DNA of 64,000 bases from Stegostoma tigrinum (GCF_030684315.1 NC_081362.1:89111022-89175021), one strand, 5' to 3'; shown: positions 12,208-26,500, counted from the stretch's first letter. Numbers and translations are program-made. Notes: a model not told the origin generated them from the sequence alone.

Positions 12208-13351
12208 AGATAGCAAGAACTGCAGATGCTGGAATCTGTGTCAAAATAGTGTGGAGCTGGAGGAACACAGCTGGTCAAGCAACATCAGAGTCGACGTTTC
12301 GGGTCAGATCCTTCATTTGGGTTGGGGAGGGGGCAGGGAGATGGGAAATAAATAGTGGGGGGGGGGGGTTTCTGGTGGTAATTGAATGCAGGTAGGGGAT
12401 AGTAAGGATTGGTTAGTGGGAAGGTGGGCCAGATAGGTGTGGAAGATGGACAAGGTTGTCCGGTCAAGGAGGTGGGGATGAGAAGGAGGGTTGCACATAG
12501 GACGAGGCTGGGTTTGGGGCGATTTTGAAACTGGTGAATTGAAGTAGAAGGATCATAACCAGCACACCTTATACCACGGGCAATCCGATCCCACCATCAT
12601 CTGCCTTTCATATGGACTGCTCACTCTACAACTCCCTCATCTGTTCCACACTGCCCGCTAGCCTCACAACTCCTGGCACCTTTCACTGCAACCGCAGGAG
12701 GTGCTGCACCTGCCCGTACACCTCTTCCCCTCTTGTTCCGTCCAAGGCCCAAGACAAACTTTCCATATCTGACAGGGTTCATCTGTTCTGGTCTATCCGT
12801 TGCTCCCGACGTGGCCTCATTTACATAGATGAGACCAAGCGCAGACTTGGTGATCGATTTGCGGAGCATCTATGCTCTGTAAGCCATAATCAACAACACC
12901 GTCCAGTTTTCAAACATTTTAACTCCCCCTCCCACTCCCTGGGTGACATGTCCATCCTGGGCCTCCACCAGTGTCACAGTAATGCCACATGCAAATTGGA
13001 GGAGCAACACCTCATTCTGCCTCGGGAGCCTACAGCCACATGACCTGAACCTAGAATTCACCAGTTTCGAAATCTCCCCACCCCTAGCCCTCATCCCATG
13101 TCCAATCCTCCCCCTCATTCCTGCCTTCTTGACCTGACACAATCTGTCCTCTGTCTTCCACGACTATCTGCCGTACCCTTCCCATTGACCAATCTCCCCA
13201 GTCCCTACCTGCATTCACCTATATCCCCCATCTACCTTCCGCCATCTCACCCCTCCTGTCTCTCTATTTCCCAGCTCCCTTTCTCCCTCCCCAGTTCTGA
13301 AGAAGGGTCCCGACTCGAAACATCAACTTTCCAGCTCTATGCTGTATTGAC
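12208..13351. mobile_element. Head-to-head Neptune-like Penelope insertion (minus 3' terminus about 12208-12545; plus GIY-YIG/3' part about 12560-13350)
   Basis: Plus ORF GTFHCNRRRCCTCP...LIYIDETKRRLGDRFAEHL; the minus arm carries the same family terminus; degenerate flanking repeats 12193-12207 / 13352-13366 (13/15). Confidence 0.8.
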
Positions 13352-13951
13352 ACCAACTATACTGAGTTCCTCTTCCCAGAGACCGTCCTTGATGTAACAG
13401 TATGGGGAGGTATTCCAGAGCTTTCAAGTTAGCTCTTTCAGGCCAAGTAGCTTATTCAACAAAAATCAATTCTGGAGATGACATGGGCCAAACTTTATCT
13501 ATAACGATAGCATTTCATTGGCCCCATTGAAAAACATACCTGCCAATTCACTTTGAAAATAAACTCTGAGCCTGTGAGGTGGTTTAACAAACTACCCTCG
13601 AGTCAAAGATGATCTGTCATAATCATCAGGGAAGCTATGTATGTGCCAAACCTTTGACCTTGAAGTTACCCAAAAGAGGACTAACGGCTGTTTGCTTCTC
13701 TGATGGTTCAAGGATATTTAGGGTCATTTCTATTGCTTCTGTGCTGTCCAAGGTTCAGTGATCTCTGTGGCTGTACATTAGTAATATCTACATTAACTGT
13801 ACACTGCACTGAATTCTTCCCACAGTCTTCTTGTATGATTTCACACTTCAGGAAAAAAAATGATGGATCATAGCACCAATAAAAAAAAATCAATGTGTAA
13901 TAGACCAGGAGCTGAGTTGCCCAAGTGAGTGAGTGGGACAGCCTAGAAAGG

Positions 13952-14105
13952 TGATAATTGGAACTGCAGATGCTGGAGAATCCAAGATAACAAAGTGTGG
14001 AGCTGGATGAACACACACAGATGAAGGGTCTCGGCCCAAAACGTCAGCTTTTGTGCTCCTGAGATGCTGCTTGGCCTGCTGTGTTCATCCAGCTCCACAC
14101 TTTGT
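13952..14105. mobile_element. Miniature palindromic Penelope-terminus element (about 155 bp)
   Basis: acaaagtgtggagctggatgaacac ... gtgttcatccagctccacactttgt inverted; flanked by agcctagaaagg / agtctagaaagg. Confidence 0.85.
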
Positions 14106-14449
14106 AGTCTAGAAAGGGTTCTTGTTTTGATCCCAACAATGTTGTTGAGTTTGGTCTTGGCTGCGACAACAGCTCAATTATTATAATCATCTCAATATTT
14201 TTGAGCAGAGTGGGATATTTGTGAGGATTCCTTTTCCTGATCACCATCCTTTAACTTTGTTGTATTGGGACAGTGGATCAACAGGAGCAGCCAGAACATG
14301 CCGAGTGCAGGCTCTTGGCTAGAATGAACATTCACTCAAGGCCACCAGGAGAGAGGAGGGAAGTAGGGAGAGAGAGGCAGAGGTACATTCATGACAGGTT
14401 CATAATTCTCCTCATGAATCAAAGTCTTTTTTTCTCCCTCCAAACACAG

Positions 14450-14590
14450 GATGACAACACGAGCCACAGTGATCCCCAGCAAGATCCTATCTCTTTAGCT
14501 GTCGAAATGGCTGCAGTCAATCACACCATCCTGGCATTAGCCAGACAAGGGGGGAGTGAAATAAAGAGAGAGGTGATTGAAGATGATTGA
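14450..14590 (+). CDS. HMBOX1: HMBOX1 last coding exon
   Basis: acacag|GAT GAC... translates DDNTSHSDPQQDPISLAVEMAAVNHTILALARQGGSEIKREVIEDD then TGA; spliced CDS totals 1230 nt in frame. Confidence 0.95.
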   Translation, partial: DDNTSHSDPQQDPISLAVEMAAVNHTILALARQGGSEIKREVIEDD

Positions 14591-17500
14591 AGCATTGTTG
14601 GGATGGACTAAGATTTGGTGCATCATTGGACTGCCCTATCTTTAATGTAATCTCAATATTTCTGTGTTTTGTTTTGAACTAGTTAATAGGGTTCTCTTCA
14701 TCCAGATTGCAGTAAGCTATCAGGAACTGACCTGGGCAAAGGTTGTACCTCTCACCCAGAAGCCCTCCATTTTCCTGATCAAAGCTGCACCTCTGCACTT
14801 ACCATCCGTCTGTAAACATTCCTAAGGATGCAGTGCATAAGCATGAAGTATTCCTGAGTGCAGCATTCCAGACGGTATGTACTCACCAGCCTGTAACTTC
14901 AAAAGAATGCTTCTCAAACCTCTGTAGGTTTGAAGGGCTGTTCCCACTACTCTTGTTTAATTTGAACCTTAAAGTAGTCCCGCAAACAGAACCAGATGTC
15001 TGGCCTTGACTGATTCTTCCTCCCATGGTTTTGACCTGTAACATCAAACATTCCCACTTTAAAGTGCACTTTCCTGGGCCGAGTCTCCGAGGTTTGCCGA
15101 TTACCTGACCTTGATTTTCACTACCTGCATGGTTTGGGAAATGAGAAGTGCTGATTCGTTCAGAATTACAGACAAGATATTTTCACTGTTGGATTGTTGC
15201 TAACAAATACTAGAACTGGATATCGCCAAGTTGTTTGGAGGTTCATGGCAGATACAAAAACATTCCAGTGGCAACCTTCTCATGCTAGTGGGTCACCAAA
15301 AATTACAGACAGTTAGGACATCTGTTAGGAGCGGTTGGTTTGGACAGCTGCAGGCAGTTGCTTGGATATTAAGTCCTTATTGAACTGGGCATCGCTGTAA
15401 CAAGAGTGTCAGTAGCACCTTTAATGTAACTAATGTGCCTGACTCAAGTGAAGTTCAAGCATGAACCTGGTGGAACATCTGATTTGATTGAATTTGTTGT
15501 AAGAGTCTGATTGCACATGTAGCCCGGGAGATTGTCCTACATGTTGCACGTGGAGAATGTACCCACAACAACGAACCACCCTGATTCACTTCCTCGAATG
15601 TGCTTAATTCAGCTCTTCAGGAGTAGACTGATGAGAGCATCCCTTTTGCCACGGTGCCATTAATGAACGCTTTTGCATTACACAGGGGTCTATACTTAAC
15701 TCCAGTTCCTGCATAGGCCAAAAAAAATTCTGAAGGGACATTGTGTCTCAGTCATGTTTTATTTTTGTGCAGTTTTAATAGTAATCAGAGGCAAGTTAAA
15801 GCTATTAATTTGTGTATAGTATTTCATTATGCAATGCCCATGTGAATGTGAAACAAAGATATTCCACATGCAGAATCTTCCACTTGTATGACAACAGAAA
15901 ACACTGGAGACACAGCCCAACCAGATGAGTATCTGTGCAGAGAGAACCAGGGTTAAAGTTACAGGTTGACGACCTTCCTTCAGAACTGGAAAACAAAGTA
16001 ACAAGTTTCTAGTAATGTTGGGATGGAAGGAAGGGACAAACACTACATGAGAACTCCTTGTTTACTTCCACAGGAAGTTTAGCACAAAGGAGTCTGATCC
16101 TGGATAACCTTGCAATCTAAGCTGGTAGGAGGATTATAGTTGAGGACCTTGTCAGACTGACTGTCTTATAGCTCAATAACCTCAGGTATAGGTTGTCTGT
16201 GCTGCACAATTGATAAAGAGTGAATGTGAGGAAGTGAAGACAAATGGAACCTTTTTTAACAAGTTTCATCTTCAAGAGAGCAACTGAAAAGGGAACAAAT
16301 ATACCCTGGGAGATGAGGCACAATTATCCATCCGTGTGCACTAGTAAAAGTTTGGCATTTCCAATGGATTTTATTTCATTCTGGCTTGATCTCAAACTCA
16401 AATTGTGTTTCCAGGAAGGAACATGAGGTAAAAGTGGATGTGTTTGGGTTATTACAGTGGATGCACTGCCCAGTTGCATTTGCAATTGTTATTTTACATT
16501 CCTGCTACTGTCTGATTTCATCCTTGGAATCTAGTGTATGGGTTAGAAACCCAGTTGATCCTAGCTCTTCTAAAGTCCCATTGTAGATTTCCACACTGTC
16601 CTATTCCTTGGTAACTTTTGCTATCCATTTTTTGACTGATTTGTTGGTCGTAAAATCAGTTGTGATTGTCACAGTTACATTTGTCAACCTACAGTCTTGT
16701 CTCCCTTAGTCTCCCCGACAACCAATACTCCTTTTGTGTAGAATAGCTACAATGCAGGAGATGGTCATTCGGTCTGTCGTATTCATGCTGGCTCTTTGCA
16801 AGAACAACTCAACTGGTTTCCCTGCCCTTTCCTTTCTTGATAGGCCTTTTGTTTAGTTTTGCTTATCCTATTCCCTTTCGAAATCTTGAATGTGACTCCA
16901 TCATACACTCAGGCAGTGCATTCCACATCTGATCACTTACTACATTTTTTTTTCCTCATCTCGTCTTTAGTTCTTTTTCTCATTCACCATATATCAGTCT
17001 TTGATCCTGTCACCAATGGTACCAGTTTCTGTCTTTTCTGAAGACACTAGACCTTTGTCAACTCTCTTCACACTATTGTCTTTTTAGAATGGTGTTCTCA
17101 GCAATCTTGAAGATCTGTCATCTCTGAAAGCATTATCAAATCTTTTCCAAATTCTCCCCAAAGCCTTCATTTCCTTCCAGAGGTATGGTACCAGAGTTGG
17201 ACAAAATATTGCAGTTGAGATTCAGGGTGTTACATAAAGGTTCAACAAAGCTTACTTGTTTTTGTACTGATTACTTATATTTATGAAGTCAAAGATCTGC
17301 TATGTCTTTTTAATTGCTTAGCAACAAACTCTGCCACTGTCAATACCGTGCATGCATGTACCCCAGGTTTACTGCTCCTGCCTCCTCTCTACAAGCAGCC
17401 ATGTCATATTTTATAAAAAATAGTGTACAGGTTGGTGGCAACACAGACTATCTCACAAGACCTGTTTTCATATCCCACTTTTTGCCTACTGTTCGTCAAA

Positions 17501-19847
17501 GTGACTGTGTACTTCTGTCCAATGTGGTTTAGTACAGTTTGGACCAGTGTTCCCACAACGACAGTTTGACTCTCCAAGATCCTTTGTCACAGTGATTGGG
17601 GATGGGCAGTAAATTATGGCCATGCCCCCATCTTGCAATGACCATTGAAAAGATAAGCTGCTCTATACAATGGTCGAGCAAATAGAGAATGTGCTTGGGC
17701 CATTCAGTGAGAGCTGCTGAATGTAATTAATCATCCACGGAGAATGAGTGACAAAAATATTAACAGGAGCTGGTATTTTGTGATCCCAAATTTAGTTGAT
17801 GGATCAAGGAACTTCAGAATTCCAATCCAGAATCTGGCTAGTAGGGCAAATAGTGCAACTGCATGCTACAAATTATGACATTTAATGCATGCAGTGTGAG
17901 CTGCCATTTGAATGCCAGAATTTGCATGAGAAAGTGCTGGGAGGAAATGAAACTAGCAATCTCAAAATGATGAATCCCTGCTTCAATAATCATATACCAT
18001 TATCGATTGTTATTATGTAACATAGTGGGCATATTAGGTTGGAGTATCACTCCCAGGGATGATAGAAATAATGATTTAAGTAATCGATTCACCTTAGTTT
18101 TATATTTACTACAGTTTTCCTGGCTGATCAGTTCAGCTAACAAAATAAGTGTTTATTTCCCATGTACTCTTTGAGCTAATGCTGCCAAACCTGTAAATAA
18201 CATGTGGAATAGAGACACTACTTTCTTATGGTTTCATTTGTCTTGTAATAAGTGATGTATTTTTCTGCCAAGCAGAAAGGGAATATTCTATAGAGTAAAT
18301 GAAGGATTCAGGTTGATATAATCCTTCCCTGTGTTAGATGTTGTATTTGCTAATTTAGCAGCTGTACTTATATTTGTAATACAATTCCACCACCTCCCCT
18401 AATACAGGCCTCAAATGTTTTTCACCCAGCAAGATTCTCGCAAAGTTAGTTTTCTGTTACTTATTATTTTGCACAGGAGACACTAGACAATGTTAATTTT
18501 AATGAGCCATGTTTTTAAGACACACTGGATTTTTATGAATAATAACCAGATTTTCATGAATTAGATCCCAAAAAGAGCTTCCCTTCGTAAGAGATAAGTA
18601 AAAAGCACTGTTCCAGCAGTTGGCCAGTATTAATTGTAGGTGTTATTGTGGAACAGATACCGGTAGAGTACTTTCACAACCCATTTCAACATAAGAAGCA
18701 TTTGTATTCGTAGCTGGAGTGTTAAAACAACAACTGTTCATTTCCAGTTAGGATTGTTAGACAAACAACTCCTGCCCTTATGTTTCTCAGAACTCCAGAG
18801 AAACCAATGGATCACAATGAGGTGGCTCTTCAGACCAGTCATGAAACTGAAATAGAGAGTGGGGTAGATCCAATTTCAGAAACTGGTGTGGGAATATCAA
18901 CAAAGTACTCCGTGTACTTGGTTCCCCTTTAATAACAGATATAAAATCAACCAATCAATTTCTCCTGATTATTGTGAAAAACAAAACTGGCCGGAGATAG
19001 GGAAATGATGCAGAAAAGGATTAGCTATCATAACTTGGAACCACAGAAACTTAATGTTTATTGCGTCAGCCAGCCTCATGTAGGGTTAGTTTGTGCAGCC
19101 CTGTATGTCTCTGCTTCAACCATTAGTAAATATGAAAAATATTCAGTGAGAGAGACCATTTCATCCTCTGCTGTTCTGGTAAATCAATTTTGTAATTTTA
19201 GTTGGGTGGGGTATGGTGGGGGGGGGGGGGGGTGGAAATCAGCAAATGCTGACAAATCAAATTGTATAAGCATGTATGTTTCTGGCCCTACTTCGTCATT
19301 GTGGTCATGGATGAAATTATTTTTAAAAAATGTTATGATCACTCTTCTGTTCCAAAATCATATGTTTCACCATATCTTAAGTAATTCATTGAAAAAGAAA
19401 ACGACACTGTCCTGCCCACCCCATTGCTTCCATCAATCAACAGACATGGAAACCTGCTCCTCATACTCAGGGTAACTAAATTAGGAGAGGCAGCTTTCCT
19501 GACAACTCCTGCACATCACCTGCTTCCTGCTCGTAGCAGTGAGTATAGTCAGAACCACCCAAGTCTGAGATTATATTTGAATGCAGATTCACACTTGGAC
19601 TAGACTGTTGTTCCATTGCTGCAGGGACCTATTTCTCGACTTTTTAAGCAATGAGGCCAGTGAGAGATGTTAGCAACTTGCCTTTAAGGCAGACCAGACA
19701 CTCAGACTGCCTTTGTGATTCTACTTTTTTTTTGAAATATCATTATTTATAATGGGTCTTCCTCACTCCAAAAGAATGGCAGAAATGTCACATTACATCC
19801 CACTCCTGCCTATTCAGCTGTACAGTTGCGAACCCTGGAAATGACAA

Positions 19848-22510
19848 CCACTGAGCGTCGGCCTTGGAGGGAGTGAATGGCTTTGGATGTGATGCCAATC
19901 AAGTGGGCTGCTTTGTCCTGGATGGTGTCAAACTTCTTGAATGTTGTTGGGGCTGCACTCATCCAGGAAAATGGGGAGTATTCCATTGCACTCCTGACTT
20001 GTGCCTTGTAGATGTTGGACAGGCTTTGAGGATACAGGTGAGTTACTCACTGCCGTATTCCTAGCTTGTGGCCTGCTCTTGTAGCCACTGTATTTGTGGT
20101 GAGTCCAGTTGAGTCTCCAGTCAATGATAACGTTCAGGATGTTAATACTGGAGAATTCAGTCATGCTAACATTGAATATCAAGGGATGGTGGTTAGATTG
20201 TCTCTTATTGGTGATGGTCATAGCCTGGCATTTGTGTGGCACGAATGTCACTTGTCATCCTAATACTGGATATTGTCCAGATCTTGTTGCATTTGAACGT
20301 GGACTGTTTCAGAATCTGACGAGTCATGAATGGTGTTGAACATTGTGCAATCATCAGCGAACATCCCCACTTCTGACCTCCTGATGGAGGGAAGGTAAAC
20401 AGCTGAAGATGCTTGTGCCTAGGACACTACCCTGAGGAATTTCTACAGAGATATCTGGGGGCTGAAATGATTGACCTCCAACAACCATGACCGTCTTCCT
20501 GTGTGTGAGGTATTAGTGCACCCACTGGAGAGTTTACCCTGATACCCATTAATTCCAGTTTTGCCAGTGCTCCTCGATGCCACACTCAAATGCAGCCTTG
20601 CTCTCAAGAGATGTCACACTCACCTCTGCTTTGGAATTCAGCTCTTTTGTCCATGTTTGAACCAAGGCTGTTATGTGGCCCTGGCGTAACTCAAACTGGG
20701 TGTTGCTGAGCAGGTGCCCTTTGGTAGTACTATTGATGACACCTTCCATCATTTTACTGATGATCAGAACTAGACTGATGGGGTGGTAATTGGCCCGGTT
20801 GGATTAGTCCCTCTTTTTGTGTACAGGACATACTTGGACAATTTTTCACATTGTTGGTTTGATACCAGTGTTGTGACTGTATTGGAACAGCTGGGCACGG
20901 GGAGCGGCAAGCTCAGTTGTGTGGAGCACAGTTAGGCAGTACTATTGCCGGAATGTTGGCAGGGCTGGTAGGCTTTGCAGTATTTAAGTGTCTCCCAACC
21001 ATTTATTGATATCATGTGGAGTGAATCTAACTGGCTGAAAACTGGTCTCCGTAGTGCTGGAGACTACCGGAGGAGGCAGAGATAGATCAATCCACTCAAT
21101 GCTTCTGCCTGATCTTTTGCACTGATGTGCTGGGCTCCTCCATCATCGAAGATGGGGATATTTGTGGAGCCGCCTCCTCCAGTTGTCCACCACCATTCAC
21201 CACTGGATGTGGCAGTACTGCAGAGCTTAGATCTGATCCGTTGTTTGTGGGATCGCTTAGCTATGTCTTTCACTGTTTGGCATGCAAGTACTCCTGTTTG
21301 GTGGCTTCACCAGGTTGATACCACATGTTCGAGTAAGCCTGATTCTGCTCCTGGCATGCCCTCCTGCACTCTCCATTGAACCAGGGTTGACCCCCTGGCT
21401 TGATAGTAATGGTTTGAGTGCAGGATATGCCAGACTCGGGTTGTGCTGGAGTACAATTCTGCTGCTGTGGATGGTCTCATGGATGCCCTAGCCTTAAGTT
21501 GCTAGATCTGGGCAAAGTCTGTCCCATTTAGCACAGTGATTGTGCCACACAGCACAATGGAAGTTATTCTCAATGTGAAGGCAGGACTTCATCTCCACAA
21601 GGACTGTGATGGTCACTCTTACATCTGTCCGTGACAGTATTGTTGACTGCAGCTGGCAGATTACTAAGAATAAGATCAGGTATTTTTTTTTTCCCCCTCT
21701 TGTTGGTTCCCTCATCACCTGTCACAGACCCAGTCTAGTAGCTGTGTCCTTTAGGACCTGACCAGCTCGATTAGTAGTAGTTGCCGAGCCACTCTTGGTG
21801 GTGGACGTAGAAATCCCCCATCCAGTGTACATTTTGTGCCCTTTGCTATCTTCAGTGCTTCCTCTAAGTGTTCAACATGGAGGAGGAGGATGGTGTGTGG
21901 TAATCTGCAGGAAGTTTCCTTGCCCATGTTTAACCTGAAGCCATGAGACTTCCTACAGCAACACCCTCCCACCTGTAGTACCACTAAGATGCCACCTTTA
22001 CTGAGTCTGACCTGCTGGTGAGACAGGACATATCCAGGGATGGTGATGGTGTCTGGAACAGTTAGAATCATATCTGAAAGATTAATCTGTGAGACAGCTC
22101 TCCCAATTTTGGCACTAACCCCAGATGTTAGTGAGGAGGACTTTGCGCGGTCAACAGAGCTGTTACTGTTGTCTTTTCTGGTGCAGTGTGTATGATCTAC
22201 AAGATGCACTGCAGAAATTCACCAAAGATCCCCACACAGTACCTTCCAAACCCATGACCACTTCCATCTAGAAGGACAAGGGCAGCAGACATATGGGAAC
22301 ACCACAAGCTGCAAGTTCCCCTCTAAGCCACTCCCCATCCTGATTTGGAACTATATCACTGTTCCTTTGCTGGGTCAAAATACTCACATTCCCTCCCTAA
22401 TAGCAGTGTGGGTCAACCTACAGCAGGAGGACTGCAGTAATTCAAGAAGGCAGCTCACCACCACCTTCTGAAAGGCAATTAGGAACTGATACCGACATCC
22501 CACAAATGAA
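19848..22510. mobile_element. CR1/L2-group LINE with an inverted 5' part (minus 19848-22180; plus 3' end 22181-22510)
   Basis: Minus fragments VPDTITIPGYVLSH (endonuclease region) and TFVPHKCQAMTITNKR (RT end); the plus segment continues the sequence and ends in the family tail. Confidence 0.8.
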
Positions 22511-23470
22511 TACGTCCTGTTTTCATGACAAATTTATTCCAGAATGCACATCTTTTTCTTTGCAATGTAAAATAATTCATGAATTTGCAGGGGAGCAATC
22601 TAAGTATGATTTTGACAAAGAAGGAACACTTCACTATTCATTGCTACTGTACCTTTTGGAGCTTAGAAGATCTGAAATGTATAAGATTCTGAGTAGGGGA
22701 TTTCATAGGTAAATTCTGATAGTTCTGGTCTCTCACCCGAGAGATACATTCTAAGTGACAATTTCAAATTATGACATCTCCCATTGTAAGGCAGAGAGGG
22801 AGTAAGAATTTTCTCTCAGGGGCATTAAGTTCTTTGGCATTCTGTCATTGATAACAGTGGAGGCCGGATCATTGACTCTCTTGTTAATCAAAAATCAGGC
22901 TGCAACTCCACCATATTTAAAAGTCACAGGGTAGGCAATAAAGCAGAGGTCAGGCCACAATCCTATCAGTCATCCATGACCTTACCAGAGCAAGCTCAAG
23001 GGGCCAAATAGCCCACTGCTGCTCCTATTCACTTTATTCCTGTGTACTTCCAATTCTGATTGCCTTGTTTTTTGTTCTCTTCTCTTTCCTTACCACCAAC
23101 AAATAAACTTCTCACAGCCAGGTTGGATGAAGAGATGCACAATGCTAGTTATGAATAAAAAACTCTCACATTCCAGGTTTGTGGAGGGAATGATGCAGGA
23201 AATAGGGCAGTTCTGCACTGAAATAATCTATTGATTTCCAAACTGGAAGGTGAACAGAATAATCTTAAAGCCTTAGACTACTTTTTCCAATAAATATATA
23301 CAAAGCAGCAGATGTCTTTTCATTTGAGTCCTGTATCAGTTTCTTTTCCTATAGTGCCTTTTTTGGACAGTAGACTGTTTGGCAAAAAATGTTATGCTTT
23401 TTGTACAGTTGTTTTGAGAAATTATTTTTTAAAATTTGTGTTAAATCTCCGTATTGTACAAGTAGGAAAA

Positions 23471-23476
23471 AATAAA
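23471..23476 (+). terminator. Candidate distal polyadenylation signal for HMBOX1
   Basis: AATAAA with upstream TGTA motifs, a CA about 20 nt downstream and a GT/T-rich downstream element; no transcript evidence. Confidence 0.4.
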
Positions 23477-24401
23477 CTATACATTGTGCTGCATTCAATG
23501 TCTTTGCTGTTTTAAAATGGTTTCTTTAGGGTGTTATGAAGGGGAACAAAAAAATGCTCACTTTGGACAATAAGGGTATCAGTTAAAAATACAAACATCA
23601 CTTTTTCAATGATCTAGTTGGCCTACTCCTGATTTTGCTTGCTTTGTAAGTTTTTTTTTCCACAGCTCCAAGAGGAGATACGGTACTGTTCGTGAATAGA
23701 GCCCCACACGTTCCAGGTTTACTTTGAGTTGGATGGATGTGGTCAGCCTATACACAGGTGCTTATTGTTGCACTGACATGTAGGAAATTTAGGAACCTGT
23801 TCCTGCCCAGTCTGTTTCAAACTCCCATTGTGTAGGTTTTTCCTACTGCTGCTTAACTTTGACTAACTTCTTTTACACCCGGAGTTTGGAATTTTTTTCT
23901 TTTGATTATCTTGAACACCTTCTTGCTGTAAGGGTCCCAAAGGAATATTCTGTGAAAAGATTAAGATCACCTCAGTGGCAGTCCATTGCAGTTTTATAAT
24001 CCACAATTTCATCTTTTGGCAACAAAATAAATTTGCTCTCTAACTTGATGTTTTGGATACTCTGAAAATGAATTTAAAATGCACAGAGGTCAGGCAGCAT
24101 CTGTGAAGAGAGAGGGGCGTGATGTTTCTGGTTGATCACTTTTCAGCACAACAAAACATGAACCCTTTCTCCACAGATCTGAGCTGGCCTGCTATGTGAG
24201 GACATCATTTTGTTCTTTCCTTAGAATTAAATTTACAGTATCTGCAGAACAATGCTTTCAGGTAACTCGGTTGTAGTGCTCTAAGTTTACCTATTCTGTA
24301 TGTTATTCCATCTAACTGTATAAAGCCCCACTCAGAATGTTCCCTGTAACTCTGGCAATATTAGAAAATCAAGGTAAGCTGAGTCTGTACATTAATTTGT
24401 A

Positions 24402-24407
24402 TTTATT
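24402..24407 (-). terminator. Candidate distal polyadenylation signal for KIF13B
   Basis: tttatt on plus (AATAAA on minus) with upstream TGTA motifs on the minus strand; no transcript evidence. Confidence 0.35.
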
Positions 24408-24994
24408 GCTCATTGTTAAGCCAGAAGTAACAAGTAGTATTATACAGACTAAAATTTAAGTACATGAGACATGCAGATGACAAAGCACCTTTGAATTTCA
24501 TCGAGCCTTTAAAAATATTTAAAATTAAACATTTAAAATTTTTGCATTGTGCTTTTATATACAAACCCAGCACATACACAGGTGGCCAACCAGCTACTGA
24601 ACCTTATGCATACTTCCCACTAGACTGCAAAAAATTAGTGTTAAATTCAAACCTTTCCTGGGCTTGACAACCTCTGAGCTTCAGTGTTTATTCATACATA
24701 AAATGAGAATCAGTAGTTTAGAATTTACGTTTCAAAAATGGTCATTGTATGATTAAATCCAAGAGGTATGATACATCTCTGCTCCAGAGAGCTGCAAACA
24801 TTATAAATAAATGATTGTATTGTAATTGTTGAGGCAAGTCAGTTGCCACAAATATTATTGCAATTGCATACCTATTTTGTTGTACATTTCCCATAACTCC
24901 CATATTTATAAAATAGAATTTGAGATAGAAAAATCCAATGTTTGGACCCAGTACAGTCAAAATCACAGGATGTCAGCTCAGAACAAAAACCCAA

Positions 24995-25115
24995 TTCTGA
25001 AGGAGGGTCTAGGCCCAAAACATCAGCTCCTCTGATGCTACTTGGCCTGCTGTGTTCATCCAGCTCTCCACCCGGTTATCCCAGATTCTCCAGCATCTGC
25101 AGTTCCTATTATCTC
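24995..25115 (+). mobile_element. Solo Neptune-like Penelope terminus
   Basis: tctgaaggagggtctaggcccaaaacatcagc...ccagcatctgcagttcctattatctc matches the family end. Confidence 0.85.
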
Positions 25116-26229
25116 CGAAACTTACTTTGTAACAAGTGTTCCCAACTGCACTGACACCATGTAGGAACATCAGCCTTTTCTCTTCTTACAGTCAGAATCA
25201 TCCAGCCTTGAACCAGATGTAAACACTGAACTCATCCTTTGACTCTGTTTATTTCTACTGCTGACCTATTCTGAGACAGATTTGGAATTTAAAAATTAGA
25301 CAAATGTTTGAACTGGCCCTGAAGGAATATATGGGGTATTTCTGTAGCTTGAGAGCTAGTAACATTAATTCTGATAAATATTTGACATAATGACTATGTT
25401 AAAAGGTATCTAAACACTTATCATTGTATTGTCCCAAATATTTTTAAATTTTTACATAACATTTACAACATTAATTCAACTTAAAATACTCAATTACACT
25501 GCATGTTAACCTCAAAGTCATCATTTCAAACCTTAATTTTATGAAATTAAGTTCTCTTTCAAGTAAAGGAATTAAAGTCAGAGTTTACATGTGAGAGATA
25601 GGTGTGACATTGGTCAAGTTAATTACTACCAACCATTCACACACTTGTAATACAAACAGGACAAACCTTGGCAGGAGAGCATAGAAAACCACACTCACTT
25701 GAGAAAGCAAACAGTAAACCTGGGTTAAAGTTGTTGAGTTTGTGTGCTCTGTTCTTTTCATCATCTCCACTGTTCCTGGACATTCTAGTCAAACATGTCA
25801 ATGTTTGGTTAATGAATTTTAAAAAATGAGAGTTACCAGTTTGTTTTTCAGCCACAATCTGCTGGAAGTTAACATGATCAATAATTTATCTAACTGTTGT
25901 GGAACTGTACCTTTGTGTGGCATTTTTGAAACATGTACAGGCAGCAAATTTGAGTTGTACTACCATGAGTGTGTTGCAAAAGGAACTCTGACCCTAAAGT
26001 ACATGTGGAACTTCATTCCAGGGCAAATCACTTTTAACGTGCACCAAAACTCACTTTAAAGCAGCAGAGAGCAGTAATATAAACTCAACAGACGAGGCTG
26101 TAATGGTGTAAAACTGGCAGTGTTTTCCACGACTGCTATTGTTATGGTCTACTTACAGAAAGAGTGCAGAATCGCACAATGTACATTAGGCATCAAAATC
26201 ACTTTCAACCAGTGCAGAGGTTAAGGGGA

Positions 26230-26500
26230 TAAGCAATGGCCTAGTAGTATTGTCACTGTACCATTAATCCCGAGACACAGATAATGTTCTGTGGACCTGA
26301 GTTCAAATCTTCCAAAAGTAGATGATGGGATTTGAATTCAGTTTTTTTAAAAAAAGCTAGATTAAGAGTTTCATGCTGATCAGGAATCCATTGTTGACTG
26401 TCAGGAGAAACTGCCTACATGTGACTCCAGACCCACAGCAATGGGCAATCAATGCTGCCCTAGCCAGTGACACCCTCATCCCGTGAATGAATAAAGAAAT
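26230..26500 (+). mobile_element. tRNA-derived SINE with a 3' tail like the CR1/L2-group LINE
   Basis: tggcctagtagta...gagttcaaatc (A/B-box-like); tail ccagtgacaccctcatcccgtgaatgaataaag; similar copies at 50050-50345 and 55910-56260. Confidence 0.6.

Noticed and set aside
14273-14449. N-terminal extension of the 105-aa ORF
   Set aside because: It reads through the polypyrimidine tract of the last exon; no HMBOX1 similarity in that frame
1213-14590. Functional link between telomere-binding HMBOX1 and nearby telomerase-related PLE reverse transcriptases
   Set aside because: PLE copies are scattered through both genes and no telomeric repeat arrays are present; proximity is most simply coincidence
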